NCBI RefSeq assembly: GCF_004010195.1
Contig: NC_057752.1
Span: 14,255,474-14,290,893 of the forward strand
Direction: 5' to 3'
Length of the DNA: 35,420 nucleotides
Source: Chiloscyllium plagiosum
Taxonomy: Eukaryota
Shown here one piece after another: positions 1-11,152 of this stretch (within the stretch, counting starts at the first letter, position 1; each line of letters starts with the position of its first letter). The notes below the pieces were generated by a model. The model had not been told where the DNA came from, ran no database searches, and was given only the letters and a program-made list of their open reading frames with translations. Both the position numbers and the translations under genes were made by a program.

Positions 1-350
1 CCTTATGTAAGCTACCTTTTTCCTTTTGACGAGAAGCTCCACCGCTCTCATCATCCAAGGTTCCTTTATCTTGCCCCTTCTTGCCTGTGTCAGAGGGACA
101 TATTTATTCATCACTCGCAACAACTGTTCCTTGAACAGTCTCCACATGTCTATAGTGCCTTTACAATGGAACAATTGCTCCCAGTCCATGCTTCCTAACT
201 CATGTCTAATCGCAATATAGTTTCCTCTTCCCCAATTAAATATCCTCCCATTTTGCCGAATCCTCTCCTTCTCCATAGCTATGTAGAATGTGAGGCGGTT
301 GTGGTCACTATCACCAAAATGCTCTCCCACCACAATGTCTGATACCTGAT
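1..350 (-). mobile_element. CR1 (HER1-like) LINE fragment, endonuclease C-terminus and linker
   Basis: Minus strand at about 298-330 reads VGEHFGDSDHN, the APE endonuclease SDH motif. Confidence 0.8.
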
Positions 351-489
351 CCTCAAACTCAATGAGCACTGCATTCGATGAAAGGAAGGTAAAGGGAGTA
401 GTTGAGGTAGATAGCATGAAGGGGAAGTTAGATAAATGCACCAGGAAGAAAGGAATATGTTGATGGGTGAGATGAAGAGGGTAGCTTTC

Positions 490-1560
490 AGTTTTCAGAG
501 TAGCAGGCAGTGATGGGGGGGTGGGGGAGGGGGTGGGAGGGGGGGTGAAGGTACTGCAGGGGTTCAGTGCTGGGACCTCAGCTGTTCACAATATACATTA
601 ACAATTTGGACACAGGAATTGAATGCCATACCTCCAAACTTGCAGATGACGCTAAGCTGAGTGGCAGTGTGTGCTGTGAAGGGGGTGCTAAGAGGCTGCA
701 GGGTGACTTGGACAGACTGGCTGAGTGGGCAAACACTTGGCAAATACATGTAATGTGGATAAATGTGAGGTTATCCACTTTGATTGCAAAAACAGGAAGG
801 CAGATTATGATCGGAATGGTGACAGTTTAGGAAAAGGTGAGGTGCAACAAGACCTGGGTGTCAAGGGGGAACCGTTACTGAAGGTTGGTGTGCAGATGCA
901 GCGGACAGTGAGGAAAGCTAATGGTGTGTTCTCCTTTATAACGAGAGGATTAGGATATAGGAGTAAGGATGTCTTGCTGCAGTTATACCGGGCCTTGGTG
1001 AGGCCACACCTTGAGTACTGTGTGCAGTTTTGGTCTCCTAATCTGAGGAAGGACATTCTTGCTATTGAGGGAGTCCAGCGAAGGTTCCCCAGACTGATTC
1101 CCGGGACTGACAGATGAGGAAAGACTGGATAGACTGGGCTTGTACTTGCTGGAATTTAGAAGAATGAGTGGGGTTCTCATTGAAGCATATAAAATCCTGA
1201 GGGGACTGGACAGGCTAGATGCAGGAAGAATGCTCCCGATGTTGGGAAGGTCCAGAACTAGGGGTCACAGTCTAAGAATAAGGGGTAAGGCATTCAGGAC
1301 TGAGATGAGAAAGAATTGTTTCACTCAGAGAGTTGTGAACTTGTGGAATTCTCTCCCACAGGAAGCTGTGGGGGCCAGTTCATTAGATATCTTCAAGAGG
1401 GAGCTGGATGTCACCCTTGTGGCCAAAGGGATCAAGGGGCATGGGGAGAGGGCAGGAATGGGATACTGAGATTGCATGGTCATCCATGATCGTATTGAAT
1501 GCTGGGGCAGGTTCGAAGGGCCGAATGGCCACCTGCTGCACCTACTTTCTATGTTCCTAT
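490..1560 (+). mobile_element. CR1 LINE, 5'-truncated, RT C-terminus plus 3'UTR, frameshifted
   Basis: ORFs give LGPQLFTIYIN, KLADD, LYRALVRPHLEYCVQFWSP, FTQRVVNLWNSLP; CR1-type 3'UTR ending ttctatgttcctat. Confidence 0.95.
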
Positions 1561-2134
1561 ATATGAGAGGAGACTTGTGTGTGGATCACAGACATCGGGG
1601 AAGACCTGTTAGACTGAATGATCTGGTTCTGCCCTGTAACCTCTCTGTAAAAACAAAATATTTACAGAACTAAGCAATAACCCCATTGATAAATGAAGCA
1701 TAAATTCCATCCACATGCAGACGTTCCAACTCATAAGTACCGCACAGTAAATACCACACTATTTAATACAGTAATGTTGATTCCCCATGGCCCACTGTGT
1801 GTGCTTACTGTGTGGATCACAGCAGGAGTAACATGATTCTCTCACACATTTACCAAGGGGGTAGGAGAAATGCTGGAGGCTTGACTCAGTCCGTTATTCA
1901 CACAGCTTTCCATCTGGGCCTCACTAGAAGCAAACAAAATGTGTGTGTGGGGGGGGAGCTCAGTGCTTACAGTCATGAATAAGTGTGCTTCCCTTAGACA
2001 CATTGATGCTATCTTGACCCATGTTCAACATGAGCATTGCTGAGAAAATCAGTATTGACATTGAACAGAGGAGCAAAGGGAGCGCAAATTCACAGGCCAC
2101 TTCAGATTGCAATGCAAGTTGCGGGGGAGATGAC

Positions 2135-2455
2135 ATTCTATGGTATTGTCGCCGGACTGTTAATCCAGAGACTCAGGCGGGGACCTGGGTTCGAATCCCG
2201 CTTCCCAGATGGTGGAATTTGAATTCAATGAAAAGAAACTCTGATAATAAGAGTGTAATGATGACCATGAATCCATTGCTGATTGTCGGAAAAACCCATC
2301 CGGTTCCCTAATCCCCATTAGGGAAGGAAACTGCCTGCCTTACCCGATCTGAACTACATGTGACTCCAAGCCGACAGCAACATGGTTGACTCTGGGCAAT
2401 AAATGTTGGTCCGGCCAGTGATGCCTTTCACCCCATGAATGAATTTTTAAAAAAA
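2135..2455 (+). mobile_element. tRNA-derived SINE, family 2 (shares 3' tail with second LINE family)
   Basis: B-box ggttcgaatcc near 2188; tail ggcaataaatgttggtccggccagtga resembles the LINE tail at 24725-24770 (minus); A-rich end. Confidence 0.75.
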
Positions 2456-2479
2456 GATGAACAAGACCTTAAAAAGAAA

Positions 2480-2650
2480 CAGCCCAAACACTGGGGTTCT
2501 ACTTGAAGAGGGATAGAATTGGAAAGTAGGGAGGTTAGACTGAACCTGTCGAACATTGATCTGACCAGACCTGGAGAGCTGCGCACTTTTCTGGCCGTCA
2601 TATTTTTAAAAGGATGTAAACAGGCACTGGACAAGTTACAAGAAGTTTTC
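2480..2650 (+). mobile_element. Old, degraded CR1 fragment
   Basis: Diverged RGIELESREVRLNL...RPDLE segment resembling CR1 RT C-terminus. Confidence 0.5.
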
Positions 2651-2664
2651 AACGATGGTTTTAA

Positions 2665-2918
2665 TTTGATGGGCTTTGGCTGTGACTGATGTTTATTGCC
2701 CATCCCTAATTGCCCCTCAAACTGCTCGGCCATTGTAGAGGGCGGTTAAGAGTTAACCACATTGGCTGTGTGGGTTAGGACTCACATGGAGGCCAGACTG
2801 GGTAAGGATGGCAGATTTCCTTCCCTTAAGGACATGACTGAACCAGATGGGTTTATTTATATGACAGTCAGTTTTCATGGTTGCTATTAATGAGACTAAC
2901 TTTACATTCCAGATTTCA
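2665..2918 (-). mobile_element. SINE family 2, partial
   Basis: Reverse complement of the body and tail of 2135-2455 (tttattgcccatcc, tcacatg, ttccttccct). Confidence 0.7.
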
Positions 2919-2942
2919 AACTTGGCCTTGACAAATGAGAAG

Positions 2943-3207
2943 AGTCGAGAGTGTGGTGCTGGAAAAGCACAGCAGGTCAGGCAGCAGGAGAATCGATGTT
3001 TCGGACAGAAGCCCTTCATAAGGAATGCCACTCACCGGAACACAGATGACTACATCGGCAACGTCACTTCTGCCATCATTCCTGATGAAAGGCTTATGCC
3101 CGAAACATCGATTTTCCTGCTCCTCGGATGCTGCCTGACCCGCTGTGCTTTTCCAGCAACACACTCTCCACTCTGATCTCCAGCATCTGCAGCCCTCACT
3201 TTCTCCA
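2943..3207. mobile_element. Palindromic Penelope-derived element, family A (inverted pseudo-LTRs)
   Basis: Arms about 2943-3027 and 3077-3207 are reverse complements; degenerate TSD ccttgacaaatgagaag (2926-2942) / ccctgataaatgacaag (3208-3224). Confidence 0.8.
3082..3109 (+). ncRNA. Minimal hammerhead ribozyme motif, family A, degenerate
   Basis: CTGATGA-a-aggc-ttat-gccc-GAAA-c-atc; one helix II mismatch and ACGT changed to ACAT. Confidence 0.55.
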
Positions 3208-3980
3208 CCCTGATAAATGACAAGTAATATTCACACCTCACAAATGCAAGGCTATGACCATCTCCAATGAGGACAATCTAACCACTGCCCCTTGACATTC
3301 AATGGTGTTACCATCACGGAATCCCCCACTATCAACATCCTCTTACCATTGACCAGAAAATGAATTGGACTCACCATATGGATACAGTGGCTACAACAGC
3401 AGGTCCGAGGCTGCAGTGAGTAACTCCCCTCCTGACTCCCCAAAGCCTGTCCCACCATCTCTAACTCACAAGTCAGGAGGGTGATGGAATACTCCCCACT
3501 TGCCCCTGGATGGGGGCAGCTCCAACAACACTCAAGAAGCTCAACACAATTCAGGACAAAGCAGCCGCTTGATTGGCACCACATCCACAAACATCCACTC
3601 CCTCCCCCACCGACGCTCAGTAGCAGCAGTATGTACCATCTACAAGATGCACTGCAGGAATTCACCAAAGACCCTCAGACAGCACCTTCCAAACCCACCA
3701 CCACTTCCATCGAGAAGGATAAGGGCAGCAGATACATGGGAACACCACCCCCTACAAGTTCCCCTCCAAGCGGCTCACCATCCTGACTTGGAAATATATC
3801 GCCGTTCCTTCATTGTCACTGGGTCAAAATCCTGGAATTCCCTCCCTCAGGGCATTGTGGGTCAACCTACAGCACACGGACTGCAGCGGTTCAAGATGGC
3901 AGCTCACCCCCACCTTTTCAAGGGGGGCAACTAGGGACGGGGTAATAATCACTAGCAATTCCTGTGTCACGTGAACAAAT
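3208..3980 (+). mobile_element. Second LINE family (CR1/L2 group), RT C-terminus plus 3' tail
   Basis: RLIGTTSTNIHSLPHRRSVAAVCTIYKMH and SWNSLP motifs; near-identical copy at 33945-34570. Confidence 0.85.
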
Positions 3981-4231
3981 AGTTTTTTAAAAATATCAAT
4001 TGATGTTCGAATGCCGCCCGCTGTGATATTGGGATTTAAGTCTATGCCCATAAATTGTTAACCTGAGTTATTTGCCCACTGGCATTACCCTTGTGCCAGC
4101 TCTATCCAGAACATATGGTCAAACAGCAAAGAAACAACAAGGTCAGATCCACAAGGATGTGTGGGTGTTTCCTTCTCTTGAAAAGGGAAGGCTGAAGGAG
4201 GATCTTACAACACAAGATATCTCCATCAAGT

Positions 4232-4558
4232 GATTAGATTAGATTAGATTAGATTAGATTAGATTAGATTAATTACAGTGTGGAAACAGGCCCTTCGGCC
4301 CAAAAAGTCCACACCGACCCGCCGAAGCGTAACCCACCCAGACCCATTCCTCTACATTTACCCCTTCACCTAACACTACGGGCAATTTAGTATGGCCAAT
4401 TCACCTAACCTGCACATTTTTTGGATTGTGGGAGGAAACCGGAGCACCCGGAGGAAACCCACACAGACACAGGGAGAATGTGCAAACTCCACACAGAGAG
4501 TCACAGGTCTCAGGTGCTGTGAGGCAGCAGTGCTAACCACTGTGCCACCGTGCCGCCC
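4232..4558 (-). mobile_element. HE1-like tRNA-derived V-SINE with (TAATC)n tail
   Basis: Head gggcggcacggtggcacagtggttagcactg, core tgtggagtttgcacattctccc, CR1-derived tail, (GATTA)n on plus strand. Confidence 0.95.
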
Positions 4559-4559
4559 G

Positions 4560-4820
4560 CGATACGGGGAGACGGGGAGAATGTTTCCTCTTGGGAACAG
4601 CAGAACCAGAGGCCGTCAATAAAAGCGTCATTGACAAATCCCACCGGGAATTCAGAAGAACAATTTTCACCAGTGATTGGTTGCGGTGAATGGTAAAGAT
4701 GCATTTGATGGGAAACCAAAGGAGTTTGGGAGGTTTTTGTGGATTGGGTAAGATAAAAGAGGGAGAAGCAAAAACACCAGCATGGAGTGGTTTGGCCGCA
4801 TCATCTGTTTCTGTGTATGA
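4560..4820 (+). mobile_element. Old CR1 3' fragment (continues 4160-4230, split by the SINE)
   Basis: Diverged FSLEKGRLKEDL before the SINE and GRMFPLGNSRTRG after it. Confidence 0.5.
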
Positions 4821-5118
4821 CAGGATGGTAGAACCAAGGCTGGTCGATGGAGTTGGGATACAGTGTTCATATTGAATGGAGATAACAGGAAATTCTGAGG
4901 TAAAACATCAGAGGAATCGCTGATGTGAGAAGGGACTGGGCACTACCACCTTCTCCCTTATTCCTATGCCAGCAACAGTCTGCCTTAGACTAGCAGCCGT
5001 TGGTAATGCGGCTGGTCTCTGGCAGCCATGTTTATGGCCTGCTTTGCTCTTACTTTCTTGCAATCACTTGACAATCTTTCATTCTCAATGTCTCTATTGG
5101 ACTATAATCCCCAATAAA

Positions 5119-5555
5119 AGGTTTCACATATGAGGAACGTTTGAGGACTCTGGGACTACACTTGATGGAGTTTAGAAGGATGAGGGGGGATCGAACTTAC
5201 AGAATATTGAACGGCCTGGGCAGAGTGGATGTTGGAAAGATGCTTCCATTGGTAGGAGGGAAGAGGACCCAAGGGCACAGCCTTACAGTAGAGGGAAGAC
5301 CTTTTATATTGGAGATAAGGAGAAACGTCTTCAGCCAGACAGTGGGGAATCTATGGAATTCACTGCCACAGAAGGTTGCTGAGGCCAGGTCATTGAATAT
5401 ATTTAAGACTGAGATAGATAGGTTCTTGATTGCCAAGGGGATAAAAGGTTATGGGGATAAGGCAGCAAAATCGAGTTGAGAAACTAAGCCATGATGGAAT
5501 GGCGGAGCAGACTCAATAGGAGGAATGGCCTAATCTCTGCTCCTATGTCTTATGA
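5119..5555 (+). mobile_element. CR1 LINE 3' end
   Basis: ORF 5141-5479 (EFRRMRGD...WNSLPQKV...KGIKGYG) followed by 3'UTR. Confidence 0.9.
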
Positions 5556-5740
5556 GCATTGGCCAAGTCAAATGAGTCTTCAACCGGATTAATTTGCGCT
5601 CTGTCCTCCATCTGTAACCCAGCTCCGACAAGGAATATTCTTAAAAAAAAAGCCAAAGACGTGCAGAAATGTGAAACAGAAACAGAAATTGCTGGAGAAA
5701 CTCAGCAGGTCTGGCAGCATCTGTCGAGAGAGAAAGAGTT

Positions 5741-5770
5741 AATGTTTCAGGTCCAGTGAGCTATCTTCAG
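5741..5770 (-). ncRNA. Hammerhead motif, family C, degenerate
   Basis: agtt-CTGAAGA-tagctcactggacct-GAAA-c-att-aact; helix I agtt/aact pairs, helix II is damaged. Confidence 0.5.
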
Positions 5771-5805
5771 AACTGGTTGCGGCTGGGAAAATGTTGATAA
5801 ATATC

Positions 5806-6172
5806 ATAGAATCCCTACCATGTGGAAGCAAGCCAATCAGCCCATCGAGTCCATACTGACCCTCTCACCCTATCTCTGTAACCCCTGCATTTTCCCATGG
5901 CTAATCCACCTAGTCTGCACATCCCTGGGCACTATGGGGCAATTTAGCATGGCCAACCCACCCTAACCTGCACATCCCTGGGCACTATGGGACAATTTAG
6001 CATGGCCAATCCATCCTAACCTGCATATCATTGGACTGTGGGAGGAAACTGGAGCACCCAGAGGAAACCCACACAGACATGGGGAGAACATACAAACTCC
6101 ACACAGACAGGATCGAACCCGGGTCCCCGGCGCTGTGAGGCAGCAGTGCTAACCACTGAGCCACCGTGCCAC
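5806..6172 (-). mobile_element. HE1-like SINE with internal tandem duplication
   Basis: Head and core as in other copies; cacatccctgggcactatggg...catggccaa occurs twice (about 5918-6023). Confidence 0.9.
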
Positions 6173-6389
6173 CCCAGAGATGAACGATGGGTTGGGGGGA
6201 GGTGTAAGCGGTAAGTTAGAGATGGAGCCCAGGAGGAGACAACAGGAATCAGGCAGACATCGGAATGGGAAATGGTCGGTCTGGGAGAATCAGTCGCTGC
6301 CAATGGGGCCTATTCGTGACTGCCAGTGAGTGAAATGAGATTGGTGACTGTCATGGATACAGTTGCCTGACATTCAATGGTGGCACCAT

Positions 6390-7985
6390 GACCTGGTGGG
6401 GAATGGGAGATTCTCGCCCCATTCCCAGCTCATCATCCCCCATCCGCCTCCTCTTCACCATGGATATGCAATCCCTGGACACATCCATCCCCCGACAGGA
6501 TGGTCTCAGGACTCTCCGCTTCCTCCTGAATAAAGGCCCCGATTGTGCCTACCCACCACCAGCCTCCTCCACCTCGCCCTCAACACCTTCGCTTTTAACT
6601 CCTCTCATTTTCTTCAGGTCAGATGGGTGGCTGTGGGTACTCGCAATGGGCCCCAGTTCTTCCTGTCTCTTTGTGGGGCATGTGGAAGATTCCTTGTTCC
6701 AATCCTATTCCCCACCTACAACTCTTTCTCCGGTATATCAGTGATATCATCAGTGCTGCTTCCCTCGATCATCCGGAATTGGAGAAATTGATCAAGTTTG
6801 CATCCAATTTCCACCCCGCTCTCATCTGCACCATCTCTGCCTCCTCCCTTCCCTCCCTTGACATCCATGTTCCCATTTCTGGGGATAGGCCGGCCACCAA
6901 TATCCATTTCAAACCCATGGACTCCAACAGTTACCTTGACTATACATCCTCACACCCTGCTTCCTGTAAAGACTCTGTTCCATTCTTCCAGTTCCTCCAT
7001 CATCGCTGTTAGCAGACTTCTGAACGGCCCTCGCCTGTATTAGAGTTGATCTTTCTCTGCCCCTTCTCTGTAGCTGCAACACTGTATTCTGCATTCTGTT
7101 CTTTTATCCTGATACCTTATGCAAAGTATGATTCGTCTGACTAGGACGTAAAACAACATGTTTCACTGTATCTCGGTACATGTGGCAAGAATAAATCAAA
7201 TCAAATCAAAAATATCTAATCAAAAAAGTCTGTTTCACTGATGCCAACTTCAACAAGGGGAACCTCTGAAACGTCCACCTTCTTCCTCAGCCAAGGATTC
7301 CCCAGCACCAGAGCTGACAGGGCCCTCAGCCGGGTCTGACCCATCTCCTGCACTTCCTCCTCCACCCATCTCTTCCCTCCTGCAACAGTGATTGGGTGCC
7401 CCTTGTCCTTACCTACCGTCCCACCGACATCCACATTCAGAGGATCTTCAGCCACCATTTCCGCCACCTCCAGTGAGATGCTACCACCAGACAGGTATTC
7501 CCCTCCCCTCCCCTGCCTGCCTTCCGCAGAGACTGTTCCCTCCGGTCCACTCTACCTTCACTCCCAACGCCTCCCCTCCCCCACTGTGCCTTCCCCTGCA
7601 ACCACTGTAGGTGTAACACCTACCCACTGACTTCCTCCCTCCTCCGTATCCAAGGGCCCAAATCCACCCTCCAGGTGAGGCAGTGCACTTCCCACAATCT
7701 AGACTACTGCATTCACTGCTCACAATGTGCTCTCCTGTACGCTGGGGAAATGAAGCGTTGCCTGGGGAACCGGTTCGTAGAACACCGACGTTCTGTCCGC
7801 AATAAGAAACCGAGCTTCCAGTTACCTGCCACTTTAACACCCCACCCTGTTCCAGTGTCTCTGTCTCAGGCTTGCTGCAGTGCTCCAGTGAAGCTCCGTG
7901 CAAGCTGCAAGAACAGCACTTGCGTTTCCGCTCGGGAACCCTGCAATCTTCTGGACTCAATATCAAGTTCAGCAATTTTCAGGCT
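6390..7985 (+). mobile_element. Penelope-like retroelement ORF relic (reverse transcriptase plus GIY-YIG endonuclease), frameshifted
   Basis: LLFTMDMQSLDTSIP, HFLQVRWVAVGT (GxxMG), LFLRYISDI (YIDD), YLDYTSSHP; then CTSHNLDYCIHCSQCALLYAGEMKRCLGNRFVEH and EQHLRFRSGTLQSSGLN (GIY-YIG with Cys motif). Confidence 0.9.
7003..7225 (+). mobile_element. Rex1-type LINE 3' end inserted in the Penelope ORF
   Basis: AVSRLLN resembles the Rex1 ORF C-terminus; tail tttcactgtatctcggtacatgtggc, aataaa, (TCAAA)n. Confidence 0.65.
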
Positions 7986-7987
7986 TA

Positions 7988-8631
7988 CATAGAACCTGGA
8001 ACATTCCAGCGCAGTACAGGCCCTTCGACCCTCGATGTTGCACCGACCTGTGGAACCAATCTGAAGCCCATCTAACCTACACTATTCCACTTTCATCCAT
8101 ATGTCTATCCAATGACCATTTAAATGCCCTTAATGTTGGCGAGTCTACTACTGTTAGAGGCAGTGCATTCCACGCCCCTACTACTCTGAGTAAAGACGCT
8201 CCCTCTGACATCTGTCCTATATCTATCACCCCTCAGTTGAAAGCAACGTCCCCTTGTGCTAGCCATCGCCATCTGAGGAAAAAGGCTCTCCCTGCCCACC
8301 CTACCTAACCCTCTGATTATCTTATATGTCTCAATTAAGTCACCTCTCAACCTTCTTCTCTCTAACAAAAACAGCCTCAAGTCCCTCAGCCTTTCCTCGT
8401 AAGACCTTCCCTCCATACCAGGCAACATCCGAGTAAATCTCCTCTGCACCCTTTCCAAAGCTTCCACATCCTTCCTATAATGCGGTGACCAGGACTGTAC
8501 ACAATACTCCAAGTGCGGTCGCCCCAGCATTTTGTACAGCTGCAGCATGACCTGATGGTTCCAAACTCGATCCCTCTACCAATAAAAGCTAGCACACTGT
8601 ATGTCTCCTTAACAACCCTATCAACCTGGGT
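7988..8631 (-). mobile_element. CR1 LINE 3' part (continues at 9940-10205)
   Basis: ORF 8120-8548: LGRPHLEYCVQSWSP, LERVQRRFTRM. Confidence 0.92.
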
Positions 8632-8692
8632 TGAAAAGTGTGGTGTCGGAAAAGCACAGCAGGCCAGCCAGCATCCGAGGAGCAGGAGAATC

Positions 8693-8720
8693 GATGTTTC
8701 GGGCATAAGCCCTTCATCAG
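8693..8720 (-). ncRNA. Hammerhead motif, family A, core intact
   Basis: CTGATGA-a-gggc-ttat-gccc-GAAA-c-atc; only the helix III palindrome is altered (ACAT). Confidence 0.65.
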
Positions 8721-9826
8721 AACAGGAAGGCAGATTACTACCTAAATGGAATCAATTTAGGTAAAGGGGCAGTACAAAGATTAGATTAGATTAGATTAGA
8801 TTACCTACAGTGTGGAAACAGGCCCTTCGGCCCAACAAGTCCACACCGACCCGCCGAAGCGTATACCACCCAGACCCATACTCCTACACTTACCGCTTCA
8901 CCTAACACTACGGACAATTTAGCATGTTCAATTCACCTAACCTGCACATTTTTGGAGTGTGGGAGGAAACCGGAGCACCCGGAGGAAACCCACGCAGACA
9001 CGGGGAGAATGTGCAAACTCCACACAGTCAGTCGCCTGAGGCGGGAATTGAACCCGGGTCTCTGGCGCTGTGAGGCAGCAGTGCTAACCACTGTGCCACC
9101 GTGCCGCCAAAGAGATCTGGGTGTTCTTGTACACCAGTCAATGAAGGTAAGCATGCAGGTACAGCAGGTAGTGAAAAAGGCTAATAGCATGCTGGCCTTC
9201 ATAACAAGAGGGTTTGAGTATAGAATCAAAGAGGTTCTTCTGCAGCTGTACAGGGCCCTGGTGAGATCACACCTGGAGTATTGCGTGCAGTTCTGGTCTC
9301 CAAATTTGAGGAAAGACATTCTGGCTATTGAGGGAGTGCAACGTAGGTTCATGAGGTCAATTCCTGGAATGGCAGGATTACCTTACACTGAAAGACTGGA
9401 GCGGCTGGGCTTGTATACCCTTGAGTTTAGAAGACTGAGAGGGGATCTGATTGAGACATATAAGATTATTAAAGGATTGGACACTATAGAGGCAGGAAAC
9501 ATGTTTCCGCTGATGGGTGAGTCCCGAACCAGAGGACACAGCTTAAAAATACCGGGTAGACCATTTAGGACAGAGATGAGGAGAAACGTCTTCACCCAGA
9601 GAGTGGTGGCTGTGTGGAATGCTCTGCCCCAGAGGGTAGTGGAGGCCCAGTCTCTGGATTCATTTAAGAAAGAGATGGATAGAGCTCTCAAGGATAGTGG
9701 AAACAAGGGTTATGGAGATAAGGCAGGAACAGGATACTGATTAAGGATGATCAGCCATGATCATATTGAATGGTGGTGCAGGCTCGAAGGGCAGAATGGC
9801 CTACTCCTGCACCTATTGTCTATTGT
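8721..9826 (+). mobile_element. CR1 LINE 3' part, relatively young (about 210 codons open)
   Basis: 9108-9740 reads RDLGVLVHQS...LYRALVRSHLEYCVQFWSP...WNALP; 3'UTR ends ctattgtctattgt. Confidence 0.95.
8781..9107 (-). mobile_element. HE1-like SINE, full length
   Basis: tRNA-like head with A/B boxes, core, (GATTA)n; TSD caaaga at 8775-8780 and 9108-9113. Confidence 0.95.
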
Positions 9827-9939
9827 TTATTGCCCAAAACGTCGATTCTCCTGCTCCTTGGATGCTGCCTGGCCTGCTATACTTTTCCAGCACCACACTT
9901 TTCAACTCTGGTCTCCAGCATCTGCAGTCCTCACTTTTT

Positions 9940-10205
9940 CCTATCAACCTGGGTGGCAACTTCAGGGATCTATGCACATGGACACCGAGATCTCTCTGCT
10001 CATATACACTACCAAGAATCTTTCCAACAGCCCAGCACTCTTTATTCCTGTTGCTCCTTCCAAAGTGAATCACCTCACACTTTTCCACATTAAACTCCAT
10101 TTGCCACCTCTCAGCCCAGCTCTGCAGCTTATCTGTGTCTCTCTGGAACCTACAACACCCTTCAGCACTGTCCACAACTCCACCAACCTGACTGTCATCG
10201 GCAAA
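9940..10205 (-). mobile_element. CR1 LINE RT fragment
   Basis: LQSWAERWQMEFNVEKCEVIHFG...QRDLGVHVH. Confidence 0.9.
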
Positions 10206-10502
10206 TGCTTGAGCTTGAGCTCTCCAATGTCCTTACCCCAACCCCCACAAACCAAGCCTTGTTATCACATGAGCTGCTACCACATACAACCCATTGTCAG
10301 CCACTAATGGCCCCCATTAGCAGCTATTCATTCTCCCAGGCTGACCTTTACCTTCTCCTTTGTCTGATTTTCTCTCTCTCTGGGCTCTATCCCCACCTTT
10401 CGTTTACTCCTCCACCTCCCCCCATCCCATCTTCAGTACATGTCAACTCTTAAGTAGCTACCGTCGGTTCTGAGGAAGGGTTACTGGATCTGAGACGTTA
10501 AT
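10206..10502 (+). mobile_element. Penelope family C 3' region ending in a hammerhead relic (10470-10499)
   Basis: gtt-CTGAGGA-a-gggtt-actg-gatct-GAGA-cgtt-aa; homologous to 5672-6330 on the minus strand. Confidence 0.65.
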
Positions 10503-10624
10503 ATATACTGTTCATCCTCAAGCCAATTCATGGGAACTGGCATGACCACCTTATTCTCGGCCTGGCGTAGGCTGCCTCAAACCAACCATTCATGGCAAGG
10601 GCCTTCCCTTCAAATGCATCATAC

Positions 10625-10705
10625 TCACTCTCTCACGCACACACACACACATACTCACTCACACACACACACAGACACACACACACGCACACTCACTCAC
10701 AAACA
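10625..10705. repeat. Imperfect (CA)n microsatellite
   Basis: Seen directly in the sequence. Confidence 0.95.
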
Positions 10706-11123
10706 CTTATAACTCCAACCCCACACCCCCACATAAGTTTATGGGTTGAATTTGTACTTGCAGAATTATATTTTATTTTGCTCAAAAACTGCATGTAAGA
10801 TCCATGTAATATTCTGTAAATCCGTTTTTAGATTAGAATCAGTCTAAACATTGTGGCACAGATAGTCTTACACAGGGCACCTCACTCCTTAAATGCATTA
10901 TCAGGGCCGACATGACACCAATTGTTAAAGTTCACTTGAGAATGTAACTTCAAAAAAGTTCTGCAATTTACAAATGAAAGAATTGAAACCAACATGTTCA
11001 TTCTAAAAGATGAGAGACTTAACAAAACAATCCAGGTCTTTTTTAATATATAATTTTAGTTAAATCACACTGCAACCTTTTGCTATAAGTTCTGTGTCTT
11101 ACAATCTTATACACCACAACCAC

Positions 11124-11152
11124 CTGATGAAGGAGCAGCACTCCGAAAGCTA
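11124..11152 (+). ncRNA. Minimal hammerhead ribozyme motif, family B, core intact
   Basis: cac-CTGATGA-a-ggag-cagca-ctcc-GAAA-gc-ta-gt; helix III palindrome AGCT, cleavage triplet CUA. Confidence 0.7.

Larger units (their letters stand above)
5672..6330 (-). mobile_element. Penelope family C terminal repeat/3' region, inverted relative to the adjacent ORF, interrupted by a SINE
   Basis: 5672-5800 carries a hammerhead relic; 6180-6330 resembles the reverse complement of 10290-10420. Confidence 0.7.
8632..9939. mobile_element. Palindromic Penelope family A element enclosing a CR1 plus SINE
   Basis: Inverted arms 8632-8720 and about 9829-9939; exact 15 bp TSD cctatcaacctgggt at 8617-8631 and 9940-9954. 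Confidence 0.85.

Noticed and set aside
514..548. G-quadruplex-like tract
   Set aside because: Low-complexity expansion inside a CR1 at the GVPQG codons; no evidence of function.
4232..4272. (GATTA)n as a telomeric or CRISPR-like array
   Set aside because: Simple SINE tail repeat, not TTAGGG, and there are no spacers.
8952..9740. 262 aa ORF as a gene
   Set aside because: Chimera of antisense HE1 SINE and CR1 RT C-terminus, joined at the SINE TSD.
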